Below are positions 18,555 through 25,392 of a stretch of DNA of 34,819 bases, in pieces. Within the stretch, counting starts at the first letter, position 1. Each line of letters starts with the position of its first letter. The DNA comes from Planctomycetota bacterium (lineage in GTDB: Bacteria > Planctomycetota > Phycisphaerae > Sedimentisphaerales > Anaerobacaceae), in contig JAPLMV010000183.1 in assembly GCA_026386835.1 (NCBI GenBank), positions 1-34,819 on the forward strand, written 5' to 3'. Under the pieces are notes generated by a model. It saw nothing but the letters and a program-made list of their open reading frames with translations. It searched no databases and had not been told where the DNA came from. Made by a program: the position numbers and the translations under genes.

Positions 18555-18653
18555 GACAAAAAGCGGAAGTGGCGGGGCAAAATAGTCGCTGGTCTCTGGT
18601 CGCTTGTTGTTAGTTTTTCTACCGCTCATTCACATTCGCGGCTCCGCAAGACC

Positions 18654-18698
18654 ACTAACAAACCCTGCCATTGTGATGGCATGGCTAACCGATAAGGA
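18654..18698. repeat. 45-nt perfect direct repeat, copy 2 (core of the degenerate unit 18576-18698)
   Basis: Identical 45-mer to 18392-18436. The upstream flank AATAGTCGCTGGTCTCTGGTCG is related to the flank of copy 1. Confidence 0.85.
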
Positions 18699-18771
18699 AA
18701 ACGACATAACTTTCTTATACGGCAGGCCCATTCGACAATCTCAGGGCAGGTGCAGCCAAATCGCAGAAATA

Positions 18772-19890
18772 TTAATTTTTATCCAAAACACCCTTCAGTT
18801 CCTTGCAAACGGCGGCAACCTCGTCTTTTTTGAGATTATTATAGAAAGGCAGGGCTATTGTGCTTTGCGCAACAGCTTCCGTAATTGGAAAATCGCCTTT
18901 CTTAAAGCCGAACTTTTCCATCATAAACGGCTGCAAATGTACCGGCGGGAAGTAATTGCTAACCTGAATGCCCGCACTTTTCATCGCATCAAGAATCCCG
19001 GTGCGATTGTTGATCGCTTTTTGTTCTTTGAGGCGAACCACAAAGACAAACCAGCTTATCTCACAGCCTTTCTGCTCATCAGGAACTATCAGCCTGTCGT
19101 CGCCGGTTAGCATTTCCTGATACCATTTCGCGACCTGTTTTCGTTTGGCTTTTATTTCCTCGATTCGTGAAAGCTGCACAATTCCAAGTGCACAATTTAT
19201 GTCGCTTAATCTGTAATTATAACCAAGGCGCTGATGGCTGAGCCAGGAGGCGCCTTTGGCCCTACCCTGACTGCGGAGCGAAACGCACATATCCGCAAGC
19301 TCATCACTATCGGTCAGAATTATTCCGCCCTCGCCGGTAGTCATCTGCTTATTTGGATAAAACGCAAACAAGCTCATCGTGCCGAATGTGCCGGTTTTTT
19401 GGCCGCTTAGCGAAGAACCGAGCGCCTCGCAGCTATCCTCTATTATCGGCAGATTATGCTTTTGGGCGATTTTTGAGATTTTATCAAAACCGGCGGGGTT
19501 GCCGAAAACTTCAACAGGCAGAATCGCTTTTGTTTTCTTCGTTATCTTTGCCTCGATTTTCCCGGTGTCGATATTCATACTCACGGGGTCGATATCCACA
19601 AAGACTGGCGTGGCGCCAGCCATCATAACCGAATTGGAAGTGGCAATAAATGTAAAGGGCGTGGTAATGACTTCATCGCCGGGGCCGATTTCCAATGCGA
19701 GCATACAGAGAAATAGTCCGCTTGTCCCGCTGTTGACCGCCACCGCCCGTTTTTTGCCGGTGTACTTTGTAAACGCCTCTTCAAATTCGGGCAGCTTGGG
19801 CCCCAGCGAAAGATTGGGGCTGCGAAGAACCTGGCAAACCGCTTCGATTTCCTTTTCCGTAATATCCGGCCGAGACAAATTTATCTGCAT
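18772..19890 (-). CDS. DegT/DnrJ/EryC1/StrS-family PLP-dependent sugar aminotransferase
   Basis: ORF 18772..19938, trimmed to the ATG at 19890 after a GGAAGGA RBS (MQINLSRPDITEKEIEAV). It has the family motifs LGPKLPEFEE and VNSGTSGL, plus the PLP-lysine context FYPNKQMTTGEGG. Confidence 0.9.
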   Translation of the reverse strand: MQINLSRPDITEKEIEAVCQVLRSPNLSLGPKLPEFEEAFTKYTGKKRAVAVNSGTSGLFLCMLALEIGPGDEVITTPFTFIATSNSVMMAGATPVFVDIDPVSMNIDTGKIEAKITKKTKAILPVEVFGNPAGFDKISKIAQKHNLPIIEDSCEALGSSLSGQKTGTFGTMSLFAFYPNKQMTTGEGGIILTDSDELADMCVSLRSQGRAKGASWLSHQRLGYNYRLSDINCALGIVQLSRIEEIKAKRKQVAKWYQEMLTGDDRLIVPDEQKGCEISWFVFVVRLKEQKAINNRTGILDAMKSAGIQVSNYFPPVHLQPFMMEKFGFKKGDFPITEAVAQSTIALPFYNNLKKDEVAAVCKELKGVLDKN

Positions 19891-20201
19891 AAAAAATCCT
19901 TCCAAACCGCCGTTACTCCTTCGAACAGCACAAATCACAAAATGTTATTATACTTTTTTACGGCCGATAAATCAAAGACATTCCCACGCTGGTCTTGCTG
20001 ACGATTAGACTCTATCGTTTTTGTTCTCGCTCCGATTGCGCCATTTTTAATAAAACCCAAAGTACTTATGGGACGTATTAATACAGAGAAGGCTGTAGAT
20101 TGATAGTAATTGGAGTTTGTAAGTTTAACACTAAATGCACCCTTATTTAACGCCGAATAAGGACATAACTTAGGGTATAGCTAAGAATGAGGGTTAAAAA
20201 A

Positions 20202-20780
20202 ATGGCAAAAGGTAAAAATGTGCTGACGACAGGCGACGTGGCAAAAATTTGCAATGTCGCTCCGCGTACAGTTTCAAAATGGTTCGATAATGGCCAGTTG
20301 AAGGGCTATCGCATACCAGGCAGCAAGGATAGAAGGATTCCTTTAAGCGAGCTTATTCGTTTTATGAAGGCAAACAATATGCCCATCACAGCTCTGCCTG
20401 TGGGCAAAATCCGGGTTCTTGTGGTAAATAGTGATTTGAGCACAGCCGATGCTCTGGCAGAGACTCTGCAAAATAAGGCCGGCTACGAAGTCCAGATTGT
20501 TAAAAGCACCTTCGAGGCCGGCGTAACAGCCCAGAAGTTCGCACCGCATGTATTATTGGTAAGTCTCTTGGCCAAAGATATAGATGCGATGGACATCAGC
20601 AGAAATATCCGCTCAAGCGATGATTTGCAGACCATCAAAATTATAGCCCTTGCGAATAAATTAAGCGATTCGGAGTCCGCCGCCCTTATGCAAAAGGGTT
20701 TTGACGGCTATGTATCCAATGCCGCTGACATCAACGAGGTAATCAGGAAAATTGAAGAAGCGACCGCGATTATTTATTAG
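20202..20780 (+). CDS. Excisionase/MerR-type HTH fused to a receiver-like domain
   Basis: ORF 20187..20780. The ATG at 20202 follows GAGGG. The N-terminal HTH is LTTGDVAKICNVAPRTVSKWFDNGQLKGYRIP. The C-terminal part has a CheY-like fold pattern (RVLVVNSD ... HVLLVSLL ... KIIALAN ... GFDGYVSNA). Confidence 0.7.
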   Translation: MAKGKNVLTTGDVAKICNVAPRTVSKWFDNGQLKGYRIPGSKDRRIPLSELIRFMKANNMPITALPVGKIRVLVVNSDLSTADALAETLQNKAGYEVQIVKSTFEAGVTAQKFAPHVLLVSLLAKDIDAMDISRNIRSSDDLQTIKIIALANKLSDSESAALMQKGFDGYVSNAADINEVIRKIEEATAIIY

Positions 20781-20812
20781 CAGATTCAATTATTCTCAGG
20801 TATGAACCAAAT

Positions 20813-20846
20813 AAAAAAAGGCCGTCCCCGCGACCGGCCTTTTTTA
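20813..20846. terminator. Bidirectional rho-independent terminator
   Basis: An A-run, then AGGCCG-tccccgcgac-CGGCCT, then a T-run. It lies between the convergent HTH-receiver gene and the minus-strand sigma/anti-sigma operon. Confidence 0.7.
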
Positions 20847-20867
20847 TTTACATCGTTTAATCCATCA

Positions 20868-21080
20868 TCACTTGGCAATTTTGAGACGATGCCTGTCTAA
20901 AAGAATACAGGTGCATATACTATTTTTATCAGACAAAATTGCCGCCTTCGAATTAAAGGCCATAAGAAGATATGGGTCTTTTGTATAACGGGCTTTTGCA
21001 GCAGGCACACCAACAGGCTGAATATCGTACCTGGCACCTGCCACAAGGTTTTTCGTATAAGCCGTGTTTATCGTGTCCAT
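20868..21080 (-). CDS. Hypothetical small protein downstream of the anti-sigma gene
   Basis: ORF 20868..21140. The internal ATG at 21080 is preceded by AGGAAAA and avoids overlap with the upstream gene. It lies between the anti-sigma stop and the terminator. No family recognised. Confidence 0.3.
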   Translation of the reverse strand: MDTINTAYTKNLVAGARYDIQPVGVPAAKARYTKDPYLLMAFNSKAAILSDKNSICTCILLDRHRLKIAK

Positions 21081-21108
21081 ATTTTCCTGTATTAAATCAA
21101 CGGTTATC

Positions 21109-22434
21109 CTATTTTTGTTGCGGTATCTCGGACGAATCACCTATACTTAAATCTCCGTAAATCACACGATAGGTACCTGTATCATCGGATTTCCACCAGC
21201 AAATCGGCTCGTTTGTTTCGCCAAGCCGAATGCCGTCTCCCGCGTAACCCCACTCGCCATAGATTCTTTGCTGCTGGGCAAATACAAGAGCCTTTAGTAT
21301 CTTATTCAGTACAGGCATAGCCAGTTCAAGTTCATCCACTGGGTTACCGCCTTTGGCGAATTTTTCCACCAGTATCGGCTTAACCATGTTTGGGTCGACG
21401 AGGTCTTTAATTGCCGATGGGAAGAATCCATCCGACATTTCCGACCATAAGGCAAGTACTTCAATCAGGCCTTGCTCGTCAGGATTAGACACATCAAGCT
21501 GTTCTTGCTCCACAGCGTAATCAGGCGGCGGCTCGATGCTGAAAAGCGACGGGTCAAGGTTGGCATCCCATACAAAATCGCTTATAACCATAATCATCTT
21601 TTTTACCATACCGCCACCGCCGTAAAACGAGATGCCTTTTGTGATTATCATTTCTCCTTCTTTTACCTCTTCGAAATCATCTGAACGTAAGGCCATCTCC
21701 GGCGATATAATCTCTTTATCCGGATTCGGGATAATTTCCCTTTCTACCCGAACCGGCAGGTTGGTTTTGGGGTCAACCCATACGGTGGTTTTTTCATATT
21801 CCTGCTGAAAGAGGAATACATCGACTGCCTGACCATCGAGCACCTGCTGCCTCGTGAATTGTCCCGTTCTGTCTTTTAGTTTGGTAACCCAATTGAGATA
21901 ATTGAAAGGCTGCTTTCTTTGTTTCATCCCTATTCGTTGAGTTATTGTTGCCTTTTTCTCGTTAGGATACAATTGCAGATCTCTGTTCAGAGCCAAATCG
22001 GTGATTGAAATTGAGTTATTAAAAGTTGTGCGAATATGACCCGGCTCCATTACCATCTCTTCCACTGTAGTGGGAGGATTGTCCTCAGTTTTGATGGTTT
22101 CCCTGTAAGTTACCGTCCTGGCATTATAAATCTGTTCCATAACATCTGCCCAGACGACAGCCGTTCCATCAATCCGTACGCCGAATTGATGCAATCCGAA
22201 AAGTATTCCAATAATTATTACCGCAGCCGCTGCAAACCTTAACATCTTAGTTTTCATAATTGACCCCCATATTCTTACTATTTTTATTTGGTTCGAGATT
22301 TCTTTCTTTTCTGACATACTGACAAAAACCCTGCGGACCCGCTCCATAGCCCGTGCGGTTGACTCCGGGCTGGGCTTGATTTGTGAAATCAACTCTAATC
22401 GGCGCAGAATTTCCTGTTCGTCAGTCCTCGGCAT
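21109..22434 (-). CDS. Putative anti-sigma factor: single-pass membrane protein with a large extracytoplasmic domain
   Basis: ORF 21109..22473. The ATG at 22434 overlaps the sigma gene stop by 14 nt, suggesting translational coupling. It has a short cytoplasmic N-terminus, one TM segment (MLRFAAAAVIIIGILFGL) and about 360 aa outside the membrane. The call rests on position and topology only. Confidence 0.55.
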   Translation of the reverse strand: MPRTDEQEILRRLELISQIKPSPESTARAMERVRRVFVSMSEKKEISNQIKIVRIWGSIMKTKMLRFAAAAVIIIGILFGLHQFGVRIDGTAVVWADVMEQIYNARTVTYRETIKTEDNPPTTVEEMVMEPGHIRTTFNNSISITDLALNRDLQLYPNEKKATITQRIGMKQRKQPFNYLNWVTKLKDRTGQFTRQQVLDGQAVDVFLFQQEYEKTTVWVDPKTNLPVRVEREIIPNPDKEIISPEMALRSDDFEEVKEGEMIITKGISFYGGGGMVKKMIMVISDFVWDANLDPSLFSIEPPPDYAVEQEQLDVSNPDEQGLIEVLALWSEMSDGFFPSAIKDLVDPNMVKPILVEKFAKGGNPVDELELAMPVLNKILKALVFAQQQRIYGEWGYAGDGIRLGETNEPICWWKSDDTGTYRVIYGDLSIGDSSEIPQQK

Positions 22435-22969
22435 CACGTCCCCCTTTTTTTGAATAACGTAATTCTTTGTCACTTAGTAAATATCGAATGTGCATCAGCG
22501 CCTTAAAACACAAGGCACATACCTGATTTGGCGTCTTGCCCATTTCGCCGGCTATATATTCATAGCTCTGCTGCTGGATATATCGCATTACAAATGCCTC
22601 ACGGGATGCGCCCCGAAACTGCGCTATGGCGCCAAGCACCTCTTCTATTTCTTCGTTTTGGGCGAATTTGCTCGACGGGGAAATCAAATCTGAAACCGGC
22701 TCAGGAACATCGTCCAGCCGGCAGGCACTTTTATCTCTGGCCTTGCGCCAGTCGAAAGCCATGTTGACTGCTGTCCTGTGTGCATAAGCAGCCAAGTCTT
22801 TGACCTTATCAAGACCTTTGAAATTGGCAAGTTTTACAAACAATTCCTGCATTAGTTCCTCGGCGATATCTTCGCGCAGCACCAACCGTGCCAGCAACGT
22901 GTGCAACTCCGTCTCTGAACGCTCAAAAACCTCTAAAAGTCGCTGCAAACCACCCTGCAACACAAACAC
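22421..22969 (-). CDS. ECF (group 4) RNA polymerase sigma factor
   Basis: 182 aa. The region 2 pattern is DIAEELMQELFVKL ... AYAHRTAVNMAFDWRK. Region 4 is AFVMRYIQQQSYEYIAGEMGKTPNQVCALCFKAL. The true start is probably GTG or TTG 2-3 codons inside the ORF, downstream of the AGGAG. Confidence 0.85.
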   Translation of the reverse strand: MFVLQGGLQRLLEVFERSETELHTLLARLVLREDIAEELMQELFVKLANFKGLDKVKDLAAYAHRTAVNMAFDWRKARDKSACRLDDVPEPVSDLISPSSKFAQNEEIEEVLGAIAQFRGASREAFVMRYIQQQSYEYIAGEMGKTPNQVCALCFKALMHIRYLLSDKELRYSKKGGRDAED

Positions 22970-23217
22970 TCCTGACTAATTCACTTCTATTAGTAAGACT
23001 GTTGACTACGTCCAAACACAACCGGAATTTTGCCTTTTTTTAAAAATTTTTCAATATTTTATAAAAAACGGCCAAAACGTGCTAAAAAGGAGGGTGGGAT
23101 TAGCTCTACGGAGTAGATATTTTTTAAAAATGCTATGCTATGGTAAAAATAGCATACGGCGTTGTTGGACGGCGAAAGGGTTGGATGGTTAAACGGTAAA
23201 ACGGTAAAGAGAAAAAT

Positions 23218-23289
23218 GGTAGGGTAATGGTTCGACTGGTTCGACAAGCTCACCACAGGCTCACTCACCATAAAAGACCCTACCCTACC
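23218..23289. repeat. REP-like hairpin element
   Basis: GGTAGGGTA (23218-23226) pairs with TACCCTACC (23281-23289). The arms enclose a tandem GGTTCGAC GGTTCGAC and CTCACCACAGGCTCACTCACC. Tandem AACGGTAAA repeats lie just upstream (23190-23208). Confidence 0.5.
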
Positions 23290-23308
23290 AGACTCCGTCG
23301 AAATTTCT

Positions 23309-24901
23309 TTATGAAAGCATTATATTCTCCATATAGTCCAGCGCATGGGGATTTTTCTCAAGTACCGTGCAGTAGTCGACTAACAATTTATGTGCCCGAA
23401 AGCGATGCCCTTGGCAGGCGGTTTTTTTGAGAAGTCCGGTCGGCTTTTCTCCATCGGATATGTTAGACCAGCATCCCAATTTGCATGTATGCAGACACCA
23501 GCAATACCGGCACTGGTCTTTGGTAAAGTCCACCCAGTCGCTCAGTAACTGCTTTATTTTAGCTATATCCAAGCCATTCTCGACGTCGCCGATTTTCATA
23601 TATTCACTCTCGGGAACTCGCTCACAGGGCCAGTAGTCGCCGTCGATGCTCAGGTACGTCCGCTGCGTGCCAGGGACACACGTCGACAGCGAGCAGAAAC
23701 GTTCGGGAAGAATTGTGTGATTATGGATATGGCACTGATAAATCTGGAATCTTTTATGGAAAAAAAGCCAGTCCTGCTCGTTCATCTCCCTTTGCAGCCG
23801 GTATGCCGTGGCCGATACATCTGAATTAATCCTGCCCGCAGCGAGATTGTTGATAAATCTTTTATACAGCAAATCGAAGCCGGTTATTTTTCCAGTTGGA
23901 CTAATCTTGCTTCCGACCTGGTCCACAAAGGCCGCCTTTACACCGATATGCCTGTCGAATAAATCGCAGGAAACTAAGAATTTATCCAGAATATCGATAT
24001 CTAACGGCGGCGCCATTACCATATTGAAGCTTAGTTTGTCGTTTGTCCTATATTGCGGGTACTTGTCGAGAAATGCCCTTATGTTGGATGTTACCTTTTG
24101 CCAGGTGGGCAGGCCGTTTTTGTAGCGGCGATACCGGTCGTGGATTTCTCTGGGACCATCTATGCTGACTACAATGCTGAAGTTTTCTGAGGCAAGAAAA
24201 TCCGCTGCATCGCCGGTTAATAATGAGCCGTTTACGGTAATTGAAAAGATAATGTCTTTGCCCCTGTCGCTTTTCTTGACATAGCCGACACATTTTTTGA
24301 TAAGAGGCAGGTTTAACAGTGGCTCACCTCCATAGAAACCTATCGACCTGATTTTGGCAGAGCCGCTTTGCTGCATATAGCAGTCGATACCTTTTTTTGC
24401 AATGCTCCATTTCATTTTTCGTCTCGAAAGGGCATGCCGTCCGGCGTATTGGCCGCTGTAAACACAATAGCAGCATCGAAAATTGCAGTCCTCGGTAACA
24501 AGTAAAATAAGTATTTTGCGTTTATTGTTCAGCTTTTGCCTTATATCATCCTCGGTCATAGTCAGCTCAACCTGCGGGCGATTCGAGAGAAACAAATTTT
24601 TATCCCGCTGAGCAATTGCAATTTCGTCACACGCCGATGAGATTTCAGCCATACTGAATTGCCCGCGATACTTAGAAAAGATTTCTTCTTTGCCAAGTAT
24701 TCCGAAATCGCCGATAATTTCCCACACAACGGGAGTAACCCGCACTATTTTCATCGTATTAACGTCATAGATGTACTTGTTTTCCCTCGTTTCAAACCGG
24801 TGTACAAACGCCGTCGCAGGATTTTCCACAACATCGGAAGTTTTTTCTTCGATGTCAGAGGATAAGGGCATATTTCCAGAACACTTTCCAATCTCAGTCA
24901 T
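23309..24901 (-). CDS. Radical SAM/SPASM-domain peptide maturase with an N-terminal RRE-like extension
   Basis: 530 aa with an AAGGAAA RBS. The CX3CX2C motif CNFRCCYC is encoded at 24464-24487. The C-terminus has a full SPASM signature (CVPGTQRTYLSIDGDYWPC = CX12GX4C, then CRYCWCLHTCKLGC = CX2CX5CX3C, then a later Cys). About 110 aa precede the rSAM core (FVHRFETRENKYIYDVNTMKIVRVTPVVWEII...), as in RiPP recognition elements. Confidence 0.9.
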   Translation of the reverse strand: MTEIGKCSGNMPLSSDIEEKTSDVVENPATAFVHRFETRENKYIYDVNTMKIVRVTPVVWEIIGDFGILGKEEIFSKYRGQFSMAEISSACDEIAIAQRDKNLFLSNRPQVELTMTEDDIRQKLNNKRKILILLVTEDCNFRCCYCVYSGQYAGRHALSRRKMKWSIAKKGIDCYMQQSGSAKIRSIGFYGGEPLLNLPLIKKCVGYVKKSDRGKDIIFSITVNGSLLTGDAADFLASENFSIVVSIDGPREIHDRYRRYKNGLPTWQKVTSNIRAFLDKYPQYRTNDKLSFNMVMAPPLDIDILDKFLVSCDLFDRHIGVKAAFVDQVGSKISPTGKITGFDLLYKRFINNLAAGRINSDVSATAYRLQREMNEQDWLFFHKRFQIYQCHIHNHTILPERFCSLSTCVPGTQRTYLSIDGDYWPCERVPESEYMKIGDVENGLDIAKIKQLLSDWVDFTKDQCRYCWCLHTCKLGCWSNISDGEKPTGLLKKTACQGHRFRAHKLLVDYCTVLEKNPHALDYMENIMLS

Positions 24902-24949
24902 AATAGTTTCCTTAACAGTAAAAAAAGTTGATATATTTTGTACGGTATA

Positions 24950-24964
24950 TAAGACCTGGTCTTA
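24950..24964. promoter_or_regulatory. Perfect 7-1-7 palindrome upstream of the rSAM gene (candidate operator)
   Basis: TAAGACC-T-GGTCTTA, 49-63 nt upstream of the rSAM ATG (24901). Confidence 0.35.
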
Positions 24965-25159
24965 CAGATTTGGCTTTTCTGCTCTATATCTTTGTCATTC
25001 TAAAAAAAAGGCGTGTCTGGTTACGGCCTGACTTGTATAAAACAATACTTTACTTTAGTGCTCAATAGGTGCACCTAAAGGATTCGGGTTGCAGCAATCA
25101 GGCACGCCCTTGCAACCTTTGGCAAAGAAATAAGGTTGTTAGAGTACCTCAGGGAGGCC

Positions 25160-25339
25160 TCATCCACCTTTTACGCCTCCGAAGGTACTTGCTATTGCAC
25201 TGCTGGAGTTGGAAGCGAAATTGGTGTTAACGCACGCTTCTGTGCAACCGCAGGTACACGTACATCCGCACGAGCATCCTCCTCCGTCAGGCAGGTTCTC
25301 CATACTTGGAGTTTCATGGAAATTAGTTACATCAATCAT
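25160..25339 (-). CDS. Cysteine-ladder small peptide, candidate RiPP precursor (59 aa, absent from the ORF track)
   Basis: Hand translation of the minus strand gives AAGGAG (25352-25347), a 7-nt spacer, an ATG at 25339 and a TGA at 25162-25160. The peptide is MIDVTNFHETPSMENLPDGGGCSCGCTCTCGCTEACVNTNFASNSSSAIASTFGGVKGG. It lies 53 nt after the upstream gene and 258 nt before the rSAM/SPASM gene on the same strand. Confidence 0.75.
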   Translation of the reverse strand: MIDVTNFHETPSMENLPDGGGCSCGCTCTCGCTEACVNTNFASNSSSAIASTFGGVKGG

Positions 25340-25392
25340 TTTAAATCTCCTTAAAAAAAGTTAATAATTCTTTCGTAGAAAAAACGGTTTAA

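Noticed and set aside
18392-18698. Possible CRISPR array (also considered for 27352-27788)
   Set aside because: There are only two repeat copies. The units (45 or 133 nt) and spacings (about 217 or 171 nt) are far outside CRISPR geometry, and no cas genes are in the window.
18604-19110. 168-aa plus-strand ORF
   Set aside because: It starts inside the 45-nt repeat element and then runs antisense through the 3' end of the well-supported DegT-family gene, so it is spurious.
23309-24901. Interpreting the rSAM/SPASM protein as an anaerobic sulfatase-maturating enzyme
   Set aside because: It is about 120-150 aa longer than anSMEs because of an N-terminal RRE-like extension. No sulfatase gene is adjacent, and a Cys-rich small ORF lies directly upstream. 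A peptide maturase is the better fit, although only an HMM or phylogeny can settle it.
25136-25354. 72-aa plus-strand ORF covering the precursor region
   Set aside because: It is antisense to the Cys-ladder ORF. It has no RBS, starts at a non-ATG codon context, and has a low-complexity product. The minus-strand ORF has a consensus AAGGAG and fits the operon.
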